Shown here: positions 8,383-17,172 of the stretch, in pieces
Position numbering within the stretch: position 1 is the first letter of the stretch
Layout: every line of letters begins with the position of its first letter
Sequence record: PP786691.1
Source: Escherichia phage phiEco273
Strand: one strand, 5' to 3'
DNA: 44,707 nt
Position numbers and translations under genes: made by a program
The notes under the pieces: model-generated
Told to the model about the DNA's origin: nothing
Databases searched by the model: none
Seen by the model: only the letters and a program-made list of their open reading frames with translations

Positions 8383-9812
8383 TGGCGATTAAACCAAAAC
8401 GTAAGACGCAATCCGGCAGCAATACGGAACACTCATTACTCGGGCCATCCGGTGCTAAAAAATGGATGGGTTGCCCCGCCGCCCTGGTGGTAGAAAAAGA
8501 TATCCCGAACGAATCCGGGCAAGCCGCGATTAACGGTACGAGTATGCACACCGTATCGGAGGTGGTGCTAAACCGCATTATCGCCGGTGAGAAGCTGATA
8601 ACCGCGAAGACGTATAAAGGGTGCTACGTCGAGAACGAAGGCAAGGGGCCAGTAAAGGCACACCCGAAAGCACCGAAAGGCGGCGTACTGGTCAACGACG
8701 ACATGGTGAAACAGTGCGACGCGTACATCGACCACTGGCGACCGCTCATCGAAGTGGCGGAGTTTATCCAGCTTGAGATGCGCGCCGATCTGACCCGCGT
8801 CCTTCACTCAGGCTACGAGATCGACGGCAACAGGATTAAAACGTTCGGTACTGCCGATATGGTCATGGTCATGAAAAAGACCGATGGAACGTACATGCTG
8901 ATTGTTGGCGACCTGAAGACCGGGCGGCATAAGGTCGAGGCGAAAGAGAACAAACAGCTTATGTTGTACGCGCTCGGCCTGCTGCGCAAGCTGCAAACTA
9001 TGTACGACATTACGACCGTGCGCCTGGTTATCTTCCAGCCGTATTGCGGTGGGGCGTCGGAGTGGGATATTTCGGTAGAAGCGCTGGAGATATTCGCGAA
9101 GTTTGCATCCAAGCGCGCTATTGCCGCACTGGAGGCGTATTCCCGAGGCAAGAAGGGGCTTACCCGTGCCGACTTCCGCCCCAGCGTTGATGCGTGCCAG
9201 TGGTGCCGATTTGCGGATCAGTGTAGTGCCCGCGCTAAGGCCGCAATCGACACGATGACACACCCAACGGCAACCGACGAAGACCTGGGCGACGACGTGA
9301 GTATTGCGACAGAGGAAGAATGCGCCAACCATGACCGCAATATGGCCCGCGAAGCCAGGAAGGCGGCACGACGTGCGAAGCGTGGTAAGAAAGAAGCGGC
9401 CCACGGTGCTATGAGCGCTGCGGAACTGCGCAAGGCTTATGAAGGCCTGGACGCAATGCGCCAGCACATCAAGGCTATCGAGTCCGCGGTATTCAAGGCG
9501 GTCATGGCGGGCGATGGCGAATCGCTGGGCCTCAAGATGGTTGCCGGTAAGGAAGGGATCCGTAAGTGGGCGGACGAGAGCGAAGTGATTGAAATCTTCA
9601 CGAAGGCCCGGATCAAGCGCGATGTGATGTACAAAGAAACATTGCTCAGCCCTACGGATGCCGAGAAGGTACTGAAGGACGAAAAACCGAAAGTGTGGGC
9701 GAAGCTGTGTGCTAAAATCACGCGCGCACCCGCCAAACCGGTGTTAGCCCCAATCGACGACCCTCGCCCTGCGTGGTCGGAAGCTACTGACGAGGACTTA
9801 AACAATGAATAA
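8379..9812 (+). CDS. Cas4-like PD-(D/E)XK exonuclease (DUF2800-like) with C-terminal Cys cluster
   Basis: 477 aa; N-terminal LLGPSGAKKWMGCPA motif, D/E-K core (IVGDLKTG), CQWCRFADQC cluster; adjacent to SSB-like gene as in known phage replication modules. Confidence 0.65.
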   Translation: MMAIKPKRKTQSGSNTEHSLLGPSGAKKWMGCPAALVVEKDIPNESGQAAINGTSMHTVSEVVLNRIIAGEKLITAKTYKGCYVENEGKGPVKAHPKAPKGGVLVNDDMVKQCDAYIDHWRPLIEVAEFIQLEMRADLTRVLHSGYEIDGNRIKTFGTADMVMVMKKTDGTYMLIVGDLKTGRHKVEAKENKQLMLYALGLLRKLQTMYDITTVRLVIFQPYCGGASEWDISVEALEIFAKFASKRAIAALEAYSRGKKGLTRADFRPSVDACQWCRFADQCSARAKAAIDTMTHPTATDEDLGDDVSIATEEECANHDRNMAREARKAARRAKRGKKEAAHGAMSAAELRKAYEGLDAMRQHIKAIESAVFKAVMAGDGESLGLKMVAGKEGIRKWADESEVIEIFTKARIKRDVMYKETLLSPTDAEKVLKDEKPKVWAKLCAKITRAPAKPVLAPIDDPRPAWSEATDEDLNNE

Positions 9813-10047
9813 AGTATTCGCAATCTTATTGATGTTTTTGCTCGGCGCGCTGGGATTTATCCTGCATTGCGTGCAAGGCGTGTTAATGGTGGCCTGGATG
9901 ATTCGCCATCCGACCCGCTGGCTGGATAACGGCTATAGCGAAGCCGCCGTCGATTGGGCAAAGAAGAACATCGACCGACCGCCATTAAGCTGGCTCTGGA
10001 GCGCCATTAACTACGTAACCAGAAATCTTTTTAATGAAAATGCTTGA
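9805..10047 (+). CDS. small membrane protein
   Basis: 80 aa with two hydrophobic helices. Confidence 0.4.
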   Translation: MNKVFAILLMFLLGALGFILHCVQGVLMVAWMIRHPTRWLDNGYSEAAVDWAKKNIDRPPLSWLWSAINYVTRNLFNENA

Positions 10048-10137
10048 CCGCGTAGGCGCAACCAAGTAGATTAGCAACCAAGCCGAACGGGGTGGCTTCC
10101 AATAACCCCGATACATGTGAAAATGAGGAATTGGAAA

Positions 10138-10920
10138 ATGGCTAAAGTCAACCTGAAAAATGTGCGCGTATGTTTCCTTAAAATTTGGGAACGTGATACC
10201 CCTAAACAGGATGGACAAAAACCGGCATACCGCGCCGTGATTCTTCTTGATAAAGAAGATCCGCAGGTGGACAAAGTGGAAGCGGCAGCGCGCGCAGTGC
10301 TCACCGACAAGCTGAAATCCGAGAAGAATGCCGATAAGTGGATGGACCGCCACTACGCCCAGGATTCTAAGGAATGCGCAGTACGCGACGGTGACGAGCG
10401 CGACGAAGTAACCGAAGAATTCGAAGGCATGTTGTACATCAACGCCAAATCGTTCAAACAGCCAAACATTCAAACGTCACTCGGCGAGAAGCAGACCGAA
10501 CAGGGTCTGACCGTAGAAGGCGACGAAATCGAAGGCCAGGAGATCTACTCCGGTTGTTATTGCAATGTGTCCCTCGATATCTGGGCGTGGAACAATACCA
10601 ACGGCAAGGGACTCGGGGCTGGTTTGCTGGGGCTGCGATTCCGTGACGACGGCGAAGCCTTCGGCGGTGGCGGATCTTCTTGCTCAGACGAGGACCTGGG
10701 CGACGATGACGAAGATGAAAGCCCGCGCAAGTCCAAAAAGTCAAAACGTCGTGATGACGATGACGAAGATGACAAGCCGCGCAAGTCCAAAAAGTCCAAG
10801 CGCCGCGATGACGACGACGATGAGGAAGATGAAAAACCTCGCAAACGTCGTAAGCCACGCGATGACGAAGATGAGGACGACGACGAAGACGAAGCGCCAC
10901 GCAAACGTCGCCGCCGTTAA
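10138..10920 (+). CDS. ssDNA-binding/annealing protein, T7 gp2.5-like (DUF2815-like) with alternating acidic/basic C-terminal repeats
   Basis: ATG at 10138 with GAGGA RBS; N-terminus MAKVNLKNVRVCFLKIWER resembles gp2.5/DUF2815; C-terminal repeats DDDDEDDKPRKSKKSKRR x3-4. Confidence 0.55.
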   Translation: MAKVNLKNVRVCFLKIWERDTPKQDGQKPAYRAVILLDKEDPQVDKVEAAARAVLTDKLKSEKNADKWMDRHYAQDSKECAVRDGDERDEVTEEFEGMLYINAKSFKQPNIQTSLGEKQTEQGLTVEGDEIEGQEIYSGCYCNVSLDIWAWNNTNGKGLGAGLLGLRFRDDGEAFGGGGSSCSDEDLGDDDEDESPRKSKKSKRRDDDDEDDKPRKSKKSKRRDDDDDEEDEKPRKRRKPRDDEDEDDDEDEAPRKRRRR

Positions 10921-10938
10921 GGGCAAAGCCCACTATTC

Positions 10939-10965
10939 AAGCCCGCTTAATGCGGGCTTTTTAAT
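10939..10965 (+). terminator. intrinsic terminator (AGCCCGC-TTAAT-GCGGGCT + TTTTT)
   Basis: Hairpin and T-run directly after SSB stop. Confidence 0.55.
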
Positions 10966-10978
10966 AGGACAATGAAAA

Positions 10979-11148
10979 ATGCGCATTAAAGCCAGCGAAG
11001 TAAAAGTCGGAATGCGGGTATGGTCCAAGCTACTGGGGGAGTATTTCACAGTTGCCGAGATCCGCAACAACGGCGAGGAGATAGCCCTTTCCGACGGTAT
11101 ATTCTCCATGATCGGCAGCGCTGACGCCGTAGTGAGGATTAAGCAATG
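10979..11148 (+). CDS. small hypothetical protein (56 aa)
   Basis: ATG 10979; stop overlaps DNA polymerase ATG (ATGA); below ORF-track cutoff. Confidence 0.35.
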
Positions 11149-13437
11149 AAAGACTTCGAACGCCTTTTTCTCGATACCGAGACATTTAGCGGGGTGGACC
11201 TGAAGAAAGTGGGCGCATACGCCTACGCGGAACACCCAACTACCGAGATTATGATTTGCACATACGCCATCGACGAGGGCCGCGTACAGACATGGGATTG
11301 CACCGAATCCCCCACAATGCCGCGTGAACTGCGCAAGGCGCTCCGCCGGGTATCCCGCAAGAAAGCAAAAATCGTGATGGCTAACGGCCTCCTGTTTGAC
11401 CGCCTGGTTATTCGCGAGAAGTGGGGCATTGACCTGCCGGTAGGCCAGATCGAAGATACCATGATTATGGCCTTTCGCCACGCGCTGCCGGGTAGCCTCG
11501 ATATGCAGTGCCAGGTGTTGGGCGTTGACGCAGAGCACGCGAAGGATAAGGCTGGCAAGGCGCTAATCAAACGATTCTGTAAGCCAACCCCTAAGACCTA
11601 CAAAATCCGTCGCTATACGCGCGAGACGCACCCCGAGGAGTGGGCTAAATTCCTGCGCTACGCCGCGCTGGATATTGTTGCTATGCGTGAAGTCTACTGG
11701 CGCATACCAGACTGGGGCAACACGCCGAAGGAAGATGAAATCCTGCTTATTGACCAGATGATTAACGACCGCGGCTTCTATGTGGACGTTGACCTGGCTA
11801 ACGCCGCGATCAAAGCGGTGCAGGCGCATAAGGAAGAATTGAAGGAAGAAGCATGGGAGCGCTTCGGCGGTAAGCTGACCGGCAATGACTTCCTGCCAGC
11901 GCTGCGCGACCTCGCGCCTGCGTTCACAATACACAACGCGCAGAAATCCACGCTTAACGAACTGCTGGAAGACCAGGACTTCCCCGACGAGGGCAAAGTG
12001 CTTATCGAGATGCGCCTCGGCGCGTCATCAACGGCATCGACTAAGTACAATCCGCTCGTAAATGGGCTGTCTGCCGATGGTCGCCGCCGTGGTTGTCTTC
12101 AGTATGGTGGGGCAAAGCGCACGCTACGCTGGGCCGGAAAGGGCTTCCAGCCGCAAAACCTGGCACGCGGCGAGTATAGCGACGACCACGAAGGGAAGAT
12201 TAAGCGCCGTGATGGCGAGAGCGACGTCGCGTTTTGGGTGCGGTCGCACATGCTCACCAACGGCATCAACTCCCTGTTACGCGGGACCGCACACTGGGCG
12301 TATGACATATCGAAGCTAACGGCCTCGACTGTTCGCGGGTGCATTATTCCGGCGAAGGGTAAGAAGTTTGTCGTAGCGGACTACTCCAACGTGGAAGGGC
12401 GTGGCCTCGCCTGGATCGCTGGCGAGAAAACCGCGCTAATGGTGTTTAGGGCGGGTCGCGATATCTATTGTGAAACTGCCGGTAAGATGTTTGGCCTCGA
12501 CCCGGAATACATTAAAGCCAACCGCAAAGACTTACGCCAGATCGGTAAGGCGTGCGAATTGGGCCTGGGCTATGGTGGTGGCGTGGCGGCGTTCTTGCAG
12601 TTCGCTAAAAACCTGGGCCTCGACCTTTACGCGATGGCTGAAGTGATGAAGGGCACATTCCCCGATCACATTTGGGCGGCGGCGAAACGGGGTTATGAGT
12701 ACGCCCGGATCAACGAAGCGAAGCGCCCGCCGAAGCCTGGCAAGAAGGACGAGCGCCCAACTTATATACTGCCGAAAAACGTATGGTTGACGTGTGATGC
12801 GATCAAACGTATGTGGCGCGAGTCGCACCCGAAGACGGTAGCATTTTGGGCTGAACTGGAAGACGCGGTGCTCTGCGCGATCCGCAATCCGGGCAAAGCG
12901 TACTGGGCTGGCGCGAACGTTCGCCCGGATGGCAAGAAAGCGCTCAAGATAGTCCGCACGAAGGCGAAGCACGACCCCACCTTCGACGAGGAGCGCGACG
13001 ACCCGAACGCCGCGGGGTGGTGGTTGAAAATCGAGTTGCCGTCGGGGCGCATCATGAGTTATCCGGGCATTGCGCTGTCAGTGACTACCGAGATCGACGA
13101 AGATACCGGCAAGAAGCGCACCAGCACCCGCATTAAATATCAGGGCGAGAATCAGACGACCCGCCAGTGGGGCTTCCAGTACACCTACGGCGGCAAACTC
13201 ACGGAAAACATCATACAGGCGCTGTGTCGCGATATCCTCGCATGGTCCATGCCGGGCGTTGAATCTGCGGGATATGAGATCGTACTGTCCGTACACGATG
13301 AACTGATAACCGAAGTGCCGGATACTGACGACTACACAACCGAGGAGTTGTGCGCGCTGATGTGCGACCTGCCTGTTTGGGCGAAAGGCTTCCCGCTTGC
13401 CGCGGAAGGCGACATTATGTACAGGTACAGAAAATAA
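11146..13437 (+). CDS. DNA polymerase, family A (PolA-like) with 3'-5' exonuclease domain
   Basis: 763 aa; N-terminal exonuclease motif LFLDTETFSG; long polymerase-like C-terminal region ending ...SVHDELITEVP (family A motif C-like). Confidence 0.8.
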   Translation: MKDFERLFLDTETFSGVDLKKVGAYAYAEHPTTEIMICTYAIDEGRVQTWDCTESPTMPRELRKALRRVSRKKAKIVMANGLLFDRLVIREKWGIDLPVGQIEDTMIMAFRHALPGSLDMQCQVLGVDAEHAKDKAGKALIKRFCKPTPKTYKIRRYTRETHPEEWAKFLRYAALDIVAMREVYWRIPDWGNTPKEDEILLIDQMINDRGFYVDVDLANAAIKAVQAHKEELKEEAWERFGGKLTGNDFLPALRDLAPAFTIHNAQKSTLNELLEDQDFPDEGKVLIEMRLGASSTASTKYNPLVNGLSADGRRRGCLQYGGAKRTLRWAGKGFQPQNLARGEYSDDHEGKIKRRDGESDVAFWVRSHMLTNGINSLLRGTAHWAYDISKLTASTVRGCIIPAKGKKFVVADYSNVEGRGLAWIAGEKTALMVFRAGRDIYCETAGKMFGLDPEYIKANRKDLRQIGKACELGLGYGGGVAAFLQFAKNLGLDLYAMAEVMKGTFPDHIWAAAKRGYEYARINEAKRPPKPGKKDERPTYILPKNVWLTCDAIKRMWRESHPKTVAFWAELEDAVLCAIRNPGKAYWAGANVRPDGKKALKIVRTKAKHDPTFDEERDDPNAAGWWLKIELPSGRIMSYPGIALSVTTEIDEDTGKKRTSTRIKYQGENQTTRQWGFQYTYGGKLTENIIQALCRDILAWSMPGVESAGYEIVLSVHDELITEVPDTDDYTTEELCALMCDLPVWAKGFPLAAEGDIMYRYRK

Positions 13438-13715
13438 TGACACCAGAAGGCAAGATCCAAAGTTACCTTATGAAGCGGGTAAAAGCCGTCGGCGGATTCT
13501 GCCGTAAAGTGGCATGGGAGGGGCGCGCAGGAGCGCCCGACCTGATAATCATCATCAACGGCAAGATAGTTTTCGTCGAAGTGAAGCGCCCCGGCGGCAA
13601 ACCGAAGCCGCACCAGGTACGAGAACATGAGCGAATGGCCCGCCGCGGTGCGGACGTTCGCGTCATCGACAACATAGCCGACTGTGATTTATTGGTTGCT
13701 GAATTGGTCGCGTAG
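13437..13715 (+). CDS. VRR-NUC domain nuclease
   Basis: ATG overlaps polymerase stop (TAATG); sequence ...GAPDLIIIINGKIVFVEVKRPGGKPKPHQ matches the VRR-NUC D...E.K core. Confidence 0.7.
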   Translation: MTPEGKIQSYLMKRVKAVGGFCRKVAWEGRAGAPDLIIIINGKIVFVEVKRPGGKPKPHQVREHERMARRGADVRVIDNIADCDLLVAELVA

Positions 13716-13755
13716 CAGTATAGTTGGCAGGTTAGCCCTATCGAGGATTTTAGAA

Positions 13756-13929
13756 ATGGTTGAAGAAAAACGTTGTAGTAATTGCGGTTGCGTCAAGCCG
13801 CTATCCCAGTTCCACAAATACACCGGCAAAACTGCGCGCAGCCCCGATGGGTATCGTGCCGAGTGCAAATCGTGCCGCAATAAGAAAGAGCGTGAACGGC
13901 AGCGCCGCTACCGCGCAGCGCAAAAATAA
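13756..13929 (+). CDS. small zinc-ribbon protein (CxxC...CxxC)
   Basis: 57 aa from ATG 13756 with GAGGA RBS; CSNCGC ... CKSCRNK; basic C-terminus. Confidence 0.45.
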   Translation: MVEEKRCSNCGCVKPLSQFHKYTGKTARSPDGYRAECKSCRNKKERERQRRYRAAQK

Positions 13930-13972
13930 TTAATACGGCGGGCTTGTCCCGCCATTTTTGGGAGACATGACG

Positions 13973-14191
13973 ATGAAAGATCATTACCGACTCACCAAGC
14001 TGGGCGAATGTAAACCGGGCGATCGCGTATGGTTTATCGCGGGCATGAATGACCCGCTGCCGTTGACGGTATGCTGGCAAAAATTTAAGAGCTTCCGGGC
14101 GACGGGTGTGCACATCGGGCACCGCACCAACTACGACGCCACAAAAAGGAACTGGAACAGTGAAACCGAAGTCTGGAAAAAGGCGGAATAG
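13973..14191 (+). CDS. hypothetical protein
   Basis: 72 aa from ATG 13973 (GGGAGA RBS). Confidence 0.4.
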   Translation: MKDHYRLTKLGECKPGDRVWFIAGMNDPLPLTVCWQKFKSFRATGVHIGHRTNYDATKRNWNSETEVWKKAE

Positions 14192-14195
14192 AGAT

Positions 14196-15620
14196 ATGGC
14201 ACGTTTCCGACGTCGCGAATATCAGAAGTTGATAACCGCGTTCATCCTCAAGCATAAGCGCTGCAATATTTGGGCGACAATGGGGTCGGGTAAAACCGGC
14301 GCGACTATGTGGGCGCTGAATAAAATGTTCCAGACTGGTATCCTGTCCAACCAGGAGGACCGCGTACTGGTGCTGGCCCCGCTGCGCGTTGCGTCCGGTA
14401 CATGGCCCCCGGAGCAGGAGAAATGGCGCTTCCCCGCCCTGCTGGTAGTAGACGGCACCGGGTCAGAGAAGGACCGCATCGCTGCGCTTGAGAGCGACGC
14501 TAACGTGGTTTGTGTTAACTATGATGTGGTTGAGTGGCTGGTTGACTATTGCGGCGACGAGTGGCCCTTTACGGTCGTTGTTGCCGATGAATCCACTAAG
14601 CTGAAAGGCTACCGCAGCAAGCAGGGCAGTAAGCGCGCCCGCGCCCTGGCGGCGATCGCACATAAGCGCGTCAAGCGCTGGATTAACCTTACAGGCACAC
14701 CCGCGCCAAACGGATTGAAAGACCTGTGGGGTCAGACGTGGTTTGTCGACGGTGGCGAACGCCTCGGCAGTAGCTATAAGGCATTTACGGACCGCTGGTT
14801 TATTAGCAAGCCTGTTAAGCCTGGCAGCTTCACGATGCAACACGCCCCGCTCAAGAACTCCGAGAAAGAAATACAACAACGCCTGTCTGACGTATCGCTC
14901 ACCGTTGACGCGGCTGAATACTTCGGATGTGATAAACCAATCTATACGCCGGTTGTTGTGGACCTGCCGAGGAAAGCCCGCAAGATTTATGACCAGTTCG
15001 AAGCGGAGCTATTTGCCGAACTGGAAAGCGGAACGGTGGAGGCGGCGAACGCTGCGTCGAAGACTATTAAGTGCCTTCAGCTTGCTTCCGGGGCCGTGTA
15101 TAAGGTCGACGAAGACGGCGAACGGACCGACGAATGGGTGAAAATTCACGACGCTAAGCTGGACGCGCTGGAAAGTATCGTGGAGGAGTTGAACGGCGCA
15201 CCGTTGCTCGTCGCATACCAGTACAAGCATGACTTGGCACGTCTTAAGAAGAAATTCCCACACGGCGTCGCTATGGGTAAGGGAAAGCAAGGCAATAAGG
15301 ATATGGAAGCGTGGAACAGGGGCGAGATCCCCATCATGTTCGCACACCCGGCATCGGCGGGTCACGGCCTTAACTTGCAGGATGGCGGACACCACCTTGC
15401 TATCTTCTCAGACACCTGGAACTTTGAGCACTTTTCGCAGATCGTGGAGCGTATCGGGCCGGTTCGCCAGATACAAGCCGGACACCCTCGTCCGGTATTC
15501 GTCTACATTATCCAGGCGCGCGGCACACTTGACGAACTGGTCGCCGAGCGTCGCGACAGTAAGCGGGATATTCAGGACGATTTGATGGAATACATGAAAG
15601 CTAAAAAGGCGCGCAAATGA
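14196..15620 (+). CDS. SNF2/DEAD-like superfamily 2 helicase
   Basis: ATG 14196; Walker A GSGKTG, motif II VVADESTKLK, helicase C-terminal domain. Confidence 0.75.
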   Translation: MARFRRREYQKLITAFILKHKRCNIWATMGSGKTGATMWALNKMFQTGILSNQEDRVLVLAPLRVASGTWPPEQEKWRFPALLVVDGTGSEKDRIAALESDANVVCVNYDVVEWLVDYCGDEWPFTVVVADESTKLKGYRSKQGSKRARALAAIAHKRVKRWINLTGTPAPNGLKDLWGQTWFVDGGERLGSSYKAFTDRWFISKPVKPGSFTMQHAPLKNSEKEIQQRLSDVSLTVDAAEYFGCDKPIYTPVVVDLPRKARKIYDQFEAELFAELESGTVEAANAASKTIKCLQLASGAVYKVDEDGERTDEWVKIHDAKLDALESIVEELNGAPLLVAYQYKHDLARLKKKFPHGVAMGKGKQGNKDMEAWNRGEIPIMFAHPASAGHGLNLQDGGHHLAIFSDTWNFEHFSQIVERIGPVRQIQAGHPRPVFVYIIQARGTLDELVAERRDSKRDIQDDLMEYMKAKKARK

Positions 15621-16312
15621 TTATCTGGTCATTATTTGACGGCAGCGGCTTGATGATTGAGCGTGCTGCCGAGATGGGGCATAAGTGTTATTGCTTCAAC
15701 TACTCCGAAGCCGATCATGGGTCTTACCTGGACTACCGGATTTATGGTCGCGGGATCCGCTATCGTAATGAGTTTATCGATCTGGACTTTGTAGACCGCG
15801 CGATGAATGGCGATTTCGGCGCGCCGGATATCATCTACGCATTCCCGCCGTGTACGGATCTGGCGGTGAGCGGTGCGCCAGCTTTCCCGCGCAAGCGTGC
15901 AAAAGACCCAGCCTTTCAGCTTAAGGCGGTGCGCACCGCGAAGATCGCCGCTTACCTGGGTGACTTCTTCGAAGTGCCATATATGATTGAGAATCCGCGC
16001 AGCGTGCTATCAACTCAATGGCGTAAGCCGGACCACTCGTTTGATCCGTGGGAGTATGGCGGATATCTGCCGGAGGATGACGTGCACCCGTTATTCCCGG
16101 AATACATCAACGCCCGCGATTCATATCCGAAGCTGACCTGCTTATGGACCGGCAACGGCTTCCGTATGCCAGAGAAGAAACCTGTTTTCGTTGAAAAAGG
16201 GTACTCGAAGCAGTATAGTCGCCTCGGAGGCAAATCTGCCCGCACCAAATTAATCAGGTCGCTCACCCCGCGCGGCTTCGCGATAGCGGTTAACGAGGAA
16301 AATTTAAAATGA
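15617..16312 (+). CDS. minimal C5-cytosine methyltransferase-like protein
   Basis: 231 aa; motif I-like LFDGSG, motif IV-like FPPCTDLAVSG (catalytic Cys), motif VI-like IENPRS; no obvious target-recognition domain; ATGA coupling with upstream helicase. Confidence 0.45.
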   Translation: MIIWSLFDGSGLMIERAAEMGHKCYCFNYSEADHGSYLDYRIYGRGIRYRNEFIDLDFVDRAMNGDFGAPDIIYAFPPCTDLAVSGAPAFPRKRAKDPAFQLKAVRTAKIAAYLGDFFEVPYMIENPRSVLSTQWRKPDHSFDPWEYGGYLPEDDVHPLFPEYINARDSYPKLTCLWTGNGFRMPEKKPVFVEKGYSKQYSRLGGKSARTKLIRSLTPRGFAIAVNEENLK

Positions 16313-16632
16313 ATACTGCATTCGACGCCATCGACTTTTCAGTGGCAATGACCAATCAGCTTTTTTCCTACGACAGCAAGACCGGCGTTATCCGCCTTAA
16401 GTCAACCGGCTGCAAGATTGGCAACCTCAATACTGCCGATGGCGGTACTCGTATCGAATGCAACGGCAAGACGCTGTCTGGCGCGCGCGTGGCGTGGATT
16501 ATCGCGACCGGCAATACAATCCCCCCAGGCTTCGCCGTTGTGTGCCGTCAGCGCACGCCAGGCCATTACGGCAACCGGATCAGCAATCTTTATTTGGTGG
16601 ACGTTGCGCGCGACCCTAACTTTTATGCGTAA
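16309..16632 (+). CDS. HNH-like (degenerate) endonuclease-fold protein
   Basis: 107 aa; pattern SYDSKTGVIRLK...ARVAWIIATG...GNRISNLYLV resembles HNH_3 homing-endonuclease layout with catalytic His apparently replaced. Confidence 0.35.
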   Translation: MNTAFDAIDFSVAMTNQLFSYDSKTGVIRLKSTGCKIGNLNTADGGTRIECNGKTLSGARVAWIIATGNTIPPGFAVVCRQRTPGHYGNRISNLYLVDVARDPNFYA

Positions 16633-16666
16633 ATTGGTTGCATAATCGTATTGGTTGCATTATATT
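16633..16666 (+). promoter_or_regulatory. Promoter-like element with two direct ATTGGTTGCAT repeats: -35 TTGCAT (16638-16643), 17-bp spacer, -10 TATATT (16661-16666)
   Basis: Direct reading; same architecture recurs at 38270-38310, 18292-18325, 22216-22248 and on the minus strand at ~3895-3960. Confidence 0.5.
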
Positions 16667-16669
16667 GAG

Positions 16670-16696
16670 GGTGTCCGGTTTGGACGCCTTTTTTAA
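16670..16696 (+). terminator. intrinsic terminator-like hairpin (GGTGTCC-GGTTT-GGACGCC + TTTTTT) inside the leader of the next gene
   Basis: 7-bp stem with one G-U pair followed by six T; overlaps predicted start site of the upstream promoter. Confidence 0.4.
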
Positions 16697-16713
16697 TACC
16701 TGGAGACAACACG

Positions 16714-17172
16714 ATGAAAATTTTACAAGAAGAAAAAGATTACTGGTCCGCGCAATGCCTTAAAGCCCGCGAGCAGGCAGAGCGCGTCAGCGCGCTGGCA
16801 GATACCTACCTGTCAAGCTATGAAACGGAAGAAAAGCGCCGCATGGAGTTAGAGGATCGCTTCGAACTGCTTTTTGAATTGATGGGGATTATGCAGCGCA
16901 CAGGATACACCACCAGCGTGGCGCTAAACCGCATCACTGCCGAAGGTCTGCGCGAGCATTGTAAACGCGCCGAGGAGTACGTGCGACCGAAGGGTCGCCA
17001 GTCTAAGATCGACAGGAAAGACCTGGTGCTGATAGCGTGGCGTGCGAACGGCAGCTACTATTCCGATAGCCGACCTCTTGGCAAGGATGAGATGGCGCGG
17101 ATCCAGCGCGTACTTACCCGAGACAAGAAAACGGCCCTGTACGCACTGGACCCGCAGAATGACGAAGAGTGA
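16714..17172 (+). CDS. hypothetical coiled-coil protein
   Basis: 152 aa, GGAGA RBS. Confidence 0.5.
   Translation: MKILQEEKDYWSAQCLKAREQAERVSALADTYLSSYETEEKRRMELEDRFELLFELMGIMQRTGYTTSVALNRITAEGLREHCKRAEEYVRPKGRQSKIDRKDLVLIAWRANGSYYSDSRPLGKDEMARIQRVLTRDKKTALYALDPQNDEE

Noticed and set aside
10454-10933. Arg/His-rich minus-strand ORFs (10454..10933, 10557..10904, 10741..10926)
   Set aside because: Antisense or alternative-frame readings of the charged repeat tail of the SSB-like gene.
13350-13436. Upstream extension of the VRR-NUC ORF (track start 13350)
   Set aside because: Extension overlaps the 3' end of the polymerase gene in another frame and is Arg/Cys-rich; ATG at 13437 overlaps the polymerase stop (TAATG), a typical coupled start.
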